DNA from: an uncultured Acidobacteriota bacterium | GTDB lineage: Bacteria > Acidobacteriota > UBA6911 > RPQK01 > JAPXNP01 | NCBI GenBank assembly: GCA_963777605.1 | Contig: CAVZRV010000031.1 | Span: forward strand, 64,001-128,000 | DNA length: 64,000 bases | Direction: 5' to 3' | Shown here: piece by piece, positions 29,334 through 38,833 of the stretch | Layout of the letters: each line of letters opens with the position of its first letter | How positions within the stretch are numbered: position 1 is the stretch's first letter | Made by a program: the position numbers and the translations under genes | The notes under the pieces: model-generated | Databases searched by the model: none | Seen by the model: the letters and a program-made list of their open reading frames with translations, nothing else | Told to the model about the DNA's origin: nothing

Positions 29334-32300
29334 TCAGAACGTGTAGTACAAGGAGAGCTGGACCTGCCGAGCCGGCCGGGTACTGCCGATGCGGCCGTAG
29401 TTCGAACTGTTCAGAGCGGTCGTCGCGGTTCCCCACTGCGTGTGGTTGAAAATGTTGAACAGCTCACCCCGGAACTCGACCCTCTGGTCTTCGGTAATTG
29501 GAAAGAACTTCTTAAGCGTAATATTCCAATTGTTGATGCCTGGATCGTTGATCAGACCCTGCGCGGCAGTCCCCCAGCGTCCGAAATCAGGGACCGTGAA
29601 GCAGGCCGTGTTGAACCACTGGAAGCGGTCGCCCGTCCCAGCGCCGATGTCACAGCCGTTGACCCGATCGGCGTTCTGGCTGCCGACTCCGGTCCCGGTG
29701 TTATCCGTGTAACTGGCGGTCTTGGGTGCACCTGTGGAAAATTCCGTAATGCCGCTCATGACCCATCCCCCGGCTAAAACATTCGCCACACCACTTAAGT
29801 CAAACCTCCGTCCTTGCCCAAAGGGAAACTCGTACGACCAGGCACTGACGTTGCGGACGGTCGGAATGAACTCCGAACGGCCTCTCCAGATGTCGTAGTA
29901 CTTGTAGTGCGGATTTCCCCGATCGCTGCCGATCAGGCTCTGACTGGTCGTGAGGTTCTTCGCCCAGGTGAAGTTCGACATGAACGAGAACCCCTTCCAG
30001 TCGCGGTTTCTGACTCCGGCGGTCATCGACTCGTACTTGGCGGACCCCCAAGGGACCCAACTGTCGATGTTTCCCCAGCCCACCAGTCTGCGTCGATCCT
30101 GGAGCGGAACATCTGCCAGATCGCCCTGCGGCAGGTCCCCGGGGTTCAACTGAACCCACTGTGAATTGTGAATCGTGTGAGATCCCATGTAGTCAAAACT
30201 CAACGCCCAACTCGCATTCAGGCGGTGCTGGACACTCAGGGACCACTGGTACACCGCCGGTGTCGGATACTCTCTCTGCCCCAAGATTCGCGCGGCTTGC
30301 GGGGGATCGTTATAGGCCTGCGGGATCTCCGTGGCTACCGGCGCCGGGTACATATCCTGCACCACCAGCGGTGGGAGTTGCTCGGCCCGGCTCGTCAACT
30401 GGCCGCCCTGAAGTGTGAAGGGAGGTCCCCCGGATTGGTTGTCCGACATCTGGTTGGTGTTGATATTCCCGGCGTAGAAGATTCCTCCTGCGGCCCGAAC
30501 GACGGTCTCCGGGGTCAGGGTGTAAGCAAACCCGATCCGCGGTGCAAGATTCAGGTTGCTGGTCACATAGCCCTGCCTCGGCACGTCCGAATTGAGAGGA
30601 GCATTTCTGCCATATTCCTTTGACGGATCAAAGACATCAAAGGGATTCTCGAGTGCGTAAACCAGTTGACCATCACCACTGAAGTCGAACGTGGTAGCGC
30701 TGTTGCGCGGAAGCGTCCAGGGTCGCCAGTACTCGTAGCGAAGCCCCATGTTGAGGGTAAGCCTCCGGCTGACCTGCCAGGTATCCTGGAAATAGGTCCC
30801 GAAGTACTTTTGTTGTCCGTTCCAGTCGACGGCCCTCAATTGCAGGTCCACCAGGTTCGTCGCGCCCAGCATCATGTCGCCCAGGGCCAGACCTCCCAGA
30901 TTCTGCCCCGGCGCCATCGCGCTTTCACAGACAGAGTTTCCAAGCGGGCAGGCGGCGGTGTAGGTGTTGAGAAACGCGAAGCGCCCCTTGTCGACCGACT
31001 GGATCAAATAATAGAGCCGTCGGTCGGTCATATGGGCCCCAAATTTGAAGGAGTGCGTTCCCCGGGTGAAGCTGATATCGTCCTTCGCCTGGTAGGTGTT
31101 TTGCGTTGGATCCCAGACGAACAGGCCCGAGTCTCCAACGGTGAAGTCCGTCACGCTGATGTTGGGAGACCCTCCGAGGCTGGACATATTCTTGAGTCCC
31201 ATTTCGGCTGCAACGTCCGGAACGTCTGTGATCGGGCGTCCGATACCCCATTTCGGCCGGGAATACGAAACCGAGAGGGCATTGATCATGGTCGGGCTGA
31301 TCACCTGATTCCAGTTCACAACGACGCTGTGCGAAGAGGCGGGCGTACTCTCCCCATCCAGGGGCGGAAGCAAACCCTGGTTCTGGGCCTTCCTCTCTCC
31401 GAAGGTATAGCGACCATAGATCAGCGTATTTTCACTCTTCTGCCAGTCGATCCGGCCCGTGTACTGCTTTTCATCCATCTCGGTTCGCGTCAGACCCGAG
31501 TATTGCGGGATCCCGTCAATAATTGTGTTGGGTAACTGGGTGTATTTCAACAGGCTGACCATCGCCGGGTCCAGCAGATCGGTTGGAATCTTGTTATTGG
31601 GAAACGGCCTGCGCAATCCCGTATCCGGATCGAAGTCATAAGGATTGTAAACCGTGGGCGGGTCTCCCAACTGACCCGGTGCAGTGAAAAGCTGAGTCTC
31701 CGAGAAGTCTCCATTGCGCTCCAGTTGCGTCGGGGTCCTGGTGTTTCCCTGGACGGCCTGGCGCAGGCGAGAGCCTTCATAATTAGCGAAAAACAGGAGC
31801 TTGTCCTTGATAATCGGGCCACCCACGGTGGCGCCAAACTTGTTGCGCTTGTATTCAGGAAGGGCATTCCCCGCCAGATTGGTGAAGAAGCCATTCGCAT
31901 CCAGGGCGTCATTACGGTGTTCCCAAAACGCTTCTCCGTGAAACTGATTGGTTCCGCTCTTGGTAATGACATTGACCCCGTTCGATCCGTAGCCGAATTC
32001 TGCGTTTGCACTCGCGGTCTGCATCCGCAATTCCTTGATCACCGAGGACGAGATGATTGTGACCGTCTGATTGTAGTTGGCAATCTGAGAGTTCGCCCCG
32101 TCGATCGAAACGTTGGAAGCGGAGTCCCTGTTCCCGGCAGCGAACACTCCCGAGGATTCGTAACTTCCCGCTGCGTTGACCCGCCGCATGGAGTGCTGCC
32201 CGAAAGACATGTTGCCCACACTGAGATACTGTGGCGAGGTGTTCGGAGCGAGCGCCAGCAGGTCGAAGTAGTTGCGGGTTTCGTTGGGCAGGTTGTTGAC

Positions 32301-32726
32301 CAGATTTTCATCGATCGTCGTCGAGATCTCGGCGGTTGTCTTGTTGAGCAGTTCCTCACCCGCAGCCGAGACCGTAACGCTGTCCTCGATCTGGCCCAAC
32401 TGCATGACGATGTTCACCTGCGCCGGGATCGACACCATCGCCTCCCTGTCCCGAACCACTGCGGTTTTGAAACCGGGAAAAGAGGCGGAAACAGTATAGG
32501 TGCCCGGCTTGAGCGACTGAAAGGCATAGTAGCCCTGGTCATTCGTTATGGCACGGCGAACCGCACCCGTCTCCTGATCGGTAACCGTGACTTCCACCCC
32601 GGGCAGAACGGCGCCTGAGGTATCCCCGACCGTTCCAATGACAGCGGTCGTTGTCTGTACCTGCGCGACAGAGACTGAGCAAACTGCCAGACACAACAGA
32701 CATGCGAGCACAAACCTTTGCGGCAT
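29334..32726 (-). CDS. TonB-dependent receptor with N-terminal carboxypeptidase-regulatory-like domain (Oar/Acidobacteria type)
   Basis: GTVGDTSGAVLPGVEVTV, LPNETRNY, TKSGTNQFHG, RNKFGATVGGPIIKDKLLFF, APRIGFAY, FRGELFNIFNH, C-terminal LSLYYTF; GGAGGGA before ATG 32726. Confidence 0.95.
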   Translation of the reverse strand: MPQRFVLACLLCLAVCSVSVAQVQTTTAVIGTVGDTSGAVLPGVEVTVTDQETGAVRRAITNDQGYYAFQSLKPGTYTVSASFPGFKTAVVRDREAMVSIPAQVNIVMQLGQIEDSVTVSAAGEELLNKTTAEISTTIDENLVNNLPNETRNYFDLLALAPNTSPQYLSVGNMSFGQHSMRRVNAAGSYESSGVFAAGNRDSASNVSIDGANSQIANYNQTVTIISSSVIKELRMQTASANAEFGYGSNGVNVITKSGTNQFHGEAFWEHRNDALDANGFFTNLAGNALPEYKRNKFGATVGGPIIKDKLLFFANYEGSRLRQAVQGNTRTPTQLERNGDFSETQLFTAPGQLGDPPTVYNPYDFDPDTGLRRPFPNNKIPTDLLDPAMVSLLKYTQLPNTIIDGIPQYSGLTRTEMDEKQYTGRIDWQKSENTLIYGRYTFGERKAQNQGLLPPLDGESTPASSHSVVVNWNQVISPTMINALSVSYSRPKWGIGRPITDVPDVAAEMGLKNMSSLGGSPNISVTDFTVGDSGLFVWDPTQNTYQAKDDISFTRGTHSFKFGAHMTDRRLYYLIQSVDKGRFAFLNTYTAACPLGNSVCESAMAPGQNLGGLALGDMMLGATNLVDLQLRAVDWNGQQKYFGTYFQDTWQVSRRLTLNMGLRYEYWRPWTLPRNSATTFDFSGDGQLVYALENPFDVFDPSKEYGRNAPLNSDVPRQGYVTSNLNLAPRIGFAYTLTPETVVRAAGGIFYAGNINTNQMSDNQSGGPPFTLQGGQLTSRAEQLPPLVVQDMYPAPVATEIPQAYNDPPQAARILGQREYPTPAVYQWSLSVQHRLNASWALSFDYMGSHTIHNSQWVQLNPGDLPQGDLADVPLQDRRRLVGWGNIDSWVPWGSAKYESMTAGVRNRDWKGFSFMSNFTWAKNLTTSQSLIGSDRGNPHYKYYDIWRGRSEFIPTVRNVSAWSYEFPFGQGRRFDLSGVANVLAGGWVMSGITEFSTGAPKTASYTDNTGTGVGSQNADRVNGCDIGAGTGDRFQWFNTACFTVPDFGRWGTAAQGLINDPGINNWNITLKKFFPITEDQRVEFRGELFNIFNHTQWGTATTALNSSNYGRIGSTRPARQVQLSLYYTF

Positions 32727-32777
32727 AATTGAGTCCCTCCAAAAACCAAATATATGAGGTCCAGATCGTTGACAAGA

Positions 32778-32807
32778 ATGGTAGGTTTCCTCCGATCGAT
32801 CCGTCAA
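32778..32807 (-). promoter_or_regulatory. sigma70-like promoter for the TBDR
   Basis: Minus strand TTGACG (32807-02)-N18-TACCAT (32783-78), about 50 nt upstream of the start. Confidence 0.45.
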
Positions 32808-32979
32808 GTAGAATAAATGCATTAAATGGATGCCAAATTTAGATCGATTTAGCCATGAGCGCTGTTTGGGCGCCTCAACCGGTCTTCAGTATCAGGAAAG
32901 GTTCATCGCGAATGAAGACTTCCTGTTGCCTGCCAACCGGCGAGGCGACTATCGACTTCTCAAACTCGAAGGAGACTCA

Positions 32980-34374
32980 ATGAATGCCTCCAGGTCCGAC
33001 TCACCCGGCCACAACACCGGGATGTGCCCAAAACCCTTTCTCTGCCATTCCCCGTCGGCAGTGATCCTGGTCGCTCTGCTTTGTTTGAGCTGGACCACTT
33101 GCGGCCTGCTCGGACAATCGCGAGGGAAGCAACCCAACATCATCTTTCTGCTTGCGGACAATCTCGGCTACGGGGATCTGAGCAGCTACGGCAGCGAGGG
33201 GATTGCCACTCCGGTCATCGACAGACTTGCAGTGCAGGGAGTCAAGTTCAGGCAATTCTACGTGGCACATACGGTCTGCAGCCCCTCCCGGGCTGCCTTC
33301 CTGACTGGCCGCCAACCGTATCGGGTCGGCATCACCGATGTATTGAGGCCGGATGGGCCTCTCGGCTTGCCGGCGGATGAGGTCACACTTGCCGAGTTGC
33401 TCAGGCAGGCGGGTTACGCCACCGCGTGCATCGGCAAGTGGCACCTGGGCGACAAGACAGAGTTCCTGCCGACACAGCACGGATTTGATCACTACTTCGG
33501 GATTCCCTACAGCATGGACATGCTGCCCCACGTCCTGTACCGCAACGGAAAAATCATCGAGCACGATACAGACGTCACGGATATCACCAGAAGGTACACA
33601 GACGAGGCCATCCAATTTGTCGAGTTGAACCGCGAGAGACCCTTCTTTCTATATTTTGCAGAGACGATTCCGCATCCTCCATTGACCCTGCCGGAACAGG
33701 ACAGGACCCCGGGGACTCCCATCTACGTCGATGCTGTCCAGCACCTGGACCAGCAGATCGGCCGCCTTCTCGATGTCGTCGATCGACTCGGCTTGAGCGA
33801 TGAGACCCTGGTTATCTTTACAAGCGACAACGGTCCCATGGGGCGAGGCAGCTCCGGCGGTCTTAGAGGCGGCATCCGGGACTACTATGAAGGCGGGATA
33901 CGCGTTCCATTTATCGCCCGGTTTCCAGCTGAAATCCCCGCGGGAACGGTGATCGAGACACCGGCCATCGCCTACGACCTGCTGCCGACTTTGACGCACT
34001 TCGCCGGAGGAACCGTGCCCGGGGACCGCGTTTACGACGGGCAGGACATCGGCAGGCTCCTGCGCGGTTCGGACACGCTCGAGCGACACAGACCCTTTAT
34101 CTTTGTCTATGACGACCTGGCCTGTGCCATCAGGGATGGACGATGGAAACTGCATGTCGCCGAGCGGGGAAGAAAGCTCCCGTCTCCGATGCTTTATGAC
34201 CTCGACCGCGATCCGGCAGAAGCCTATCCCGTCAACGACCAGTTTCCTGAAATCCTCGGCAGACTCGAGGCGGTCCTCAAGGAAACTCAAGCCGAAATCC
34301 CGAAAGTGTGGACCCTGAGCTATCCCGTGCGGGATCCTGAGAAAAGTCCGTCAGGAGTATTTCGGCTCCCGTGA
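32980..34374 (+). CDS. Cys-type (formylglycine-dependent, S1) sulfatase
   Basis: PNIIFLLADNLGYGD, CSPSRAAFLTG, GKWHLG, FTSDNG, EGGIRVP; AAGGAG before ATG 32980. Confidence 0.94.
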   Translation: MNASRSDSPGHNTGMCPKPFLCHSPSAVILVALLCLSWTTCGLLGQSRGKQPNIIFLLADNLGYGDLSSYGSEGIATPVIDRLAVQGVKFRQFYVAHTVCSPSRAAFLTGRQPYRVGITDVLRPDGPLGLPADEVTLAELLRQAGYATACIGKWHLGDKTEFLPTQHGFDHYFGIPYSMDMLPHVLYRNGKIIEHDTDVTDITRRYTDEAIQFVELNRERPFFLYFAETIPHPPLTLPEQDRTPGTPIYVDAVQHLDQQIGRLLDVVDRLGLSDETLVIFTSDNGPMGRGSSGGLRGGIRDYYEGGIRVPFIARFPAEIPAGTVIETPAIAYDLLPTLTHFAGGTVPGDRVYDGQDIGRLLRGSDTLERHRPFIFVYDDLACAIRDGRWKLHVAERGRKLPSPMLYDLDRDPAEAYPVNDQFPEILGRLEAVLKETQAEIPKVWTLSYPVRDPEKSPSGVFRLP

Positions 34375-34513
34375 CTCTTCCCAGAGTATCCTCCTGGAAG
34401 CGAAAACTAATCTTTCAAACGCGACACCCATTGATGTAGCATAATTGCGATCGATATCCGATATGGGTTTTGAACTTCCCATACCCCCATTGAAAGAGAC
34501 TGGAGATTCAGAA

Positions 34514-35839
34514 ATGAAGACAATTACTCGCAGGGAAGTACTCGCTGGCCCCCTGGCTGTCGGCACGGCGGCCGCTTTGTCCCGCCGGTCGGTGCTGGGG
34601 GCGAATGACCGAATCATCGTGGGGATGATGGGCCTTGGGGGTCGAGGGACCCGGCTGGCGGAGCTTTTCGCTGCGCGGGGAGACATTGAAATCGCGTACC
34701 TTTGTGACTGCGACACCCGTCGTTTTGCCCGTGCCCGCCAAACGGTCCAGGAGTATCAAAAGCGGCGACCGGAACTGGTCCAGGACTTCCGAAGAGTTCT
34801 TGATGACGCCAAGGTGGATGTCCTGATCAATGCGACTCCCGACCACTGGCACGGACTCGGAACGATCCTGGCTTGCCAGGCCGGCAAGGATGTCTATGTC
34901 GAGAAGCCTCTCTGCCACAACATCTGGGAAGGGCGCAAAATGGTCGAGGCCGCGCGGAAATACGATCGCGTCGTTCAGGTCGGGATTCAGTCCCGCAGCG
35001 CGGCTTATGCTTCCAGGGCAAGAGAGTACATCCGGTCCGGGGCGATGGGAGATATCTACTTCGTTCGTGTCCTGAACATGATGAAGCACCCGATGCGGAA
35101 GAACAGCCCCGCTCAGCCCGTTCCCGAAGGTCTCGACTATGACATGTGGTGCGGCCCTGCGCCGAAGGTCCCCTACAACCAGGATCGCCGATGGCTGGAC
35201 GAGTGGGAATTCAGCTGCGGGGCAATCGCCGGTGACGCCGTTCACCAGATCGACCTCGCCCGGTTCCTGATCGATGACCCTCCCTATCCTGAAACCGCCA
35301 GCAATTCCGGGGGCATCCTCGTCCTGAAGGACGGCCGAACAATGCCCGATACTCAACTGGCTACGTTCGAGTACGGACCTCTCACTTTCGTCCTTGATGC
35401 AGCCTTGTGGATGCCTTACATGAAGAAGACCCCGGCAACGATTCGCGATTCCGATCAGTTTCCCGAATGGTCGTTTAACAGCACCCGCGTCGAAGTCTTC
35501 GGGACTGAGGGTTTCATGTTCTTCGGAAGGCACGGGGGCGGGTGGCAGGCCTTCGATGTAGATGGTCAGCTCGTGAAATCGGATTATGGCCGCCAGGGAG
35601 ACCAGGAACACCTGGACAATTTCATCGACTCAATCCGTCACAGAAAGAGGCCTCAAGGTGACGTCGAGATCGCGCATCATTCCACGCTTCTCTGCCATCT
35701 CGCCAACATCTCTTACCGGGTCGGCAACCGCAAGCTGGGGTTCGACCCGAAGACGGAGACCTTTCTCGACTGCGACGAGGCCGACCGGTGGATCCGGCGT
35801 GAATACAGGGCCCCGTGGATTGTTCCCGAACATGTCTAG
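34514..35839 (+). CDS. Tat-exported Gfo/Idh/MocA oxidoreductase
   Basis: ITRREVL Tat-like signal, GANDRIIVGMMGLGGRG, ATPDHWH, DVYVEKP, DMWCGPAP. Confidence 0.93.
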   Translation: MKTITRREVLAGPLAVGTAAALSRRSVLGANDRIIVGMMGLGGRGTRLAELFAARGDIEIAYLCDCDTRRFARARQTVQEYQKRRPELVQDFRRVLDDAKVDVLINATPDHWHGLGTILACQAGKDVYVEKPLCHNIWEGRKMVEAARKYDRVVQVGIQSRSAAYASRAREYIRSGAMGDIYFVRVLNMMKHPMRKNSPAQPVPEGLDYDMWCGPAPKVPYNQDRRWLDEWEFSCGAIAGDAVHQIDLARFLIDDPPYPETASNSGGILVLKDGRTMPDTQLATFEYGPLTFVLDAALWMPYMKKTPATIRDSDQFPEWSFNSTRVEVFGTEGFMFFGRHGGGWQAFDVDGQLVKSDYGRQGDQEHLDNFIDSIRHRKRPQGDVEIAHHSTLLCHLANISYRVGNRKLGFDPKTETFLDCDEADRWIRREYRAPWIVPEHV

Positions 35840-37046
35840 ATCTCGGTCAGAGCTTGTCCGGCGACTCATCGAGCACTTTGGCAGGGCTTATTGCCGGTTG
35901 ATCCGGGTGCCTCTGAGACCGTCCCTGGCCTGCCTGATGTTCTCGTGTCTGCTGCTCTTTCAGCCGGTGCGGGCCGAATGGGCCCACCTCGATCACGTTT
36001 CCGTCAAGCAGGAGATCACGGAACTGGCCGGTCCATGCACCGTAATCACCTATGATGCGACGGACGAGACAATCAGCACGGCAACGCCAATCTATGTCTT
36101 TGTCCGCTACCGGCCCTCCCCCGACAGTGCCTGGTCTGGACTCTCCCCCGAGACCCTCACGGGGAACGGGATTGCTCTGGTGCAGACAGCCGGTGCAAAG
36201 AAGATCGTTTGGTGGGGCAGTCAGGAACTGGGCCTGGCTCGCTTTCAGGACGCGGAGTTTCGGGTCCGCGGGATTCGCCTCTGCCGCGTGCCGGGCGGCC
36301 GGTTCACCATGAAGACGATTCCGGGCCAGGGTCGAGACGAGTCGAACCCCAGGCAACCCGTCCTGGAGCTGCCGGGATTCCTGATCGCACGAGACGAAAC
36401 GACCGTCGGGATGTTCGTGGACTTTCTCAACGAGACAGAGCCATCTGGAGCAGGTTGGAACGAACGGATGGCAGACCCGGATCGCTGCGGCATTGAACGC
36501 CGGGACAGCCGAACCTATCAGGTCATTCAGGGTCGCGAGAACTTTCCCGTGACGTATGTCTCCTGGTACGATGCCGGCGCGTTCGCGCGATGGTGCGGAC
36601 TGAGATTGCCCACCGAGGCCGAGTTCGAGAAGTCAATCAGGGGCGGAATCTATCTCGACGGAGATTCCAGCAAGGGACGCTTAAATTCTCTTCCCGAGCG
36701 TCGATACCCGTGGGGGAATGAAAAACCCGGCACTGGGGGTCGGTACCGCTGCAACTACGACGGTACCGAAGACGGGTTTGAGTTCACCGCACCGGTCGGC
36801 AGCTATTCCGAACTTCCCAGCCCATATGGCATCGCCGACCTCGTTGGAAATGTTGCCGAGTGGACGAGCGACTGGTACTCAACCTCACATCACGCCGGTC
36901 TGGATGGATACAGAGTCGTGCGAGGAGGGTCCTGGATGGATCCGGAAGAGACCTGCGACGCGATCAGCGGAGCCACGCAATTTCCGCTCGATGAAAGTTC
37001 GATCATCGGTTTCAGGGTCGCTGTTACTGAGCCCGGAGATCGATGA
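35832..37046 (+). CDS. Secreted FGE-sulfatase/SUMF1-fold domain protein (lacks the FGE catalytic Cys pair)
   Basis: PVTYVSWYDA, LRLPTEAEFEK, RYPWG, TAPVGS, DLVGNVAEW, RGGSW, IGFRVA; ATG overlaps the upstream stop. Confidence 0.88.
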   Translation: MSRSRSELVRRLIEHFGRAYCRLIRVPLRPSLACLMFSCLLLFQPVRAEWAHLDHVSVKQEITELAGPCTVITYDATDETISTATPIYVFVRYRPSPDSAWSGLSPETLTGNGIALVQTAGAKKIVWWGSQELGLARFQDAEFRVRGIRLCRVPGGRFTMKTIPGQGRDESNPRQPVLELPGFLIARDETTVGMFVDFLNETEPSGAGWNERMADPDRCGIERRDSRTYQVIQGRENFPVTYVSWYDAGAFARWCGLRLPTEAEFEKSIRGGIYLDGDSSKGRLNSLPERRYPWGNEKPGTGGRYRCNYDGTEDGFEFTAPVGSYSELPSPYGIADLVGNVAEWTSDWYSTSHHAGLDGYRVVRGGSWMDPEETCDAISGATQFPLDESSIIGFRVAVTEPGDR

Positions 37047-38833
37047 GACCGACCGCCATTGGGTTCGACCGGACCGGGCTTACGCCTGCTGAAAGGCGGC
37101 CCCTGTAGATAGCAATTGCATCCAAGACGTTGGACAGAAAGATCCGACGATGCTCATTAGAATTGAAGTTCCCGTTCAATCTCACGAACTCCTGAAAGCG
37201 CTCGGTATAGTCGAGGAGAAACTGGACGTCGCTCCGAATCCGAATCGGGCGCGCCCCAACCTGGGCGAAAATGACTCCGGCGTGGCCGATCAGCGGCCAG
37301 TCCTGACGCCCGCCAAAAGTCTCGGCCGAGACCACTCCCCGGGTACGGGCGGAGATCCAGGAACTTCGCTCGATCCCGACCCTCCCATTGAATTCGATCG
37401 AGCGCCGGTCCTCTCCCGATGGGCCGCTCGCCGCAACCACCTTCCCGTTCACCAGGATCTCGAGGACTTCGAGAGGGTAGGCGCAGGCGGCACGGGCTTC
37501 AACCCGGGCATTCCGGCTTGATGACAACCGCAAGTTTCCACCTGCCTCCTGGCCTTCGACGCTGAGCCAGATCATCGGACCGTTCGATGAGAAACACTCG
37601 CCCTTTTCGAATCCCCTCAAACCAGCCGGCTGCGGTTAACGCACCCTCCATCCGGACGTAGGTTCGCTCCTGCCCAAAGGTCGGATACCAGGGGGCAAGC
37701 CAGATGCCAAAAGGAAAATCAGTGCCTCCCACACCCGCCAGACGAACCCCCGCTCCGAGCAGTCGATACCAGAACGGTTCGCCAAGGAACTTCGCGAACT
37801 GCACGACCTCGATGAAGTCGATCAGTCCAAGCGCTCCCTCGACCGAAACCGACTCCATGCCGCGGGGGGTCAGGTCATGTAGTGTCTTCGCGGTCACGCC
37901 GGCAAGTCCACCGTGCGCCCACCCGACAATCCCTCCCTGAGATTTCACTTCGCCACAGGCCACTCCGAAGGGAGGGAAACTCTCACCCAGACCGAGTTGA
38001 GGCCCGGTACTCACTGGTTCGATGACCTTCTCGATCCCGGCCATCGTCACGTGGCCGGACAGGTCATTGTCGCGAAATTCTTCGCCGGGAGCGATCACGT
38101 AATGACCGGACTGGTGGGTGCCCTCGTCTCCGTAGGCATACTGGTCATAGCGCAGAAAGGGTTCACCATGCCTCAACACCATAGTGTTGATCAGGTGCAG
38201 ATCCTCCGCCCGCGCAAGGGCTTCCCATAGCGCGTTGTCCCGCGGGCTGCTGCGCGAGAAGTGCTGGTGAATGTCGCCGCAGAAATAGCCGTTTCCGGGC
38301 ATGTCGATCCACCTCTCGAGCGGCCGTTCTACCTCGACAGTTGATCCCACCCGCACGTCCACGTCGAACTGAATGGGACGATACTCGAATCCTCTTGACA
38401 CGTACAGCCGGCTCCGGCCGACCGGCAACTCGAGCTGAGCTTCTCCTCGGCTCAAGTGGGTCCAGTCGAGCGAACAGCGCGCCGGAGCCAGCATCTCCTT
38501 AAAGTCGCGGCCGACCAGCAGTCCGTCTCCAGGGCCGTCGGCGGCGTGACCGTGTCCCGGCACCTTTCCCACCGGCGTCCAGTGAGAGCCACCGGGCAGT
38601 TCCACATGCAGGCGCGCCGGGATCGCTTCTGCCGTGGACGCGTCGAAAATCCGGAGTAGCAGCCGACCTGTCCCTGGTTTGGTCGATCCCTGAGAGAGGG
38701 CCCGTTCGTGTGCAGCGGCGACGGCCACAGCCGAGCGGCTCAGTTTCGCCAGGAAGGACCTCCTGGTGCAGCCCCCCGAGTCCTTCAGAAAATGCCGGAT
38801 CAGGTGATGGGCATTCTGGAACTGATGCTTCAT
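37024..38833 (-). pseudogene. Tat-exported CehA/McbA-type PHP-fold metallohydrolase, split by a +1 frameshift near 37593
   Basis: TRRSFLA Tat signal, SRGFEY, GDIHQH, GEEF, WAHG, WYRLL..G....GGTDF; removing one T from GTG TTT C gives KGRVFSSNGP and joins ORFs 37499-38833 and 37024-37620. Could be a sequencing error. Confidence 0.8.
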
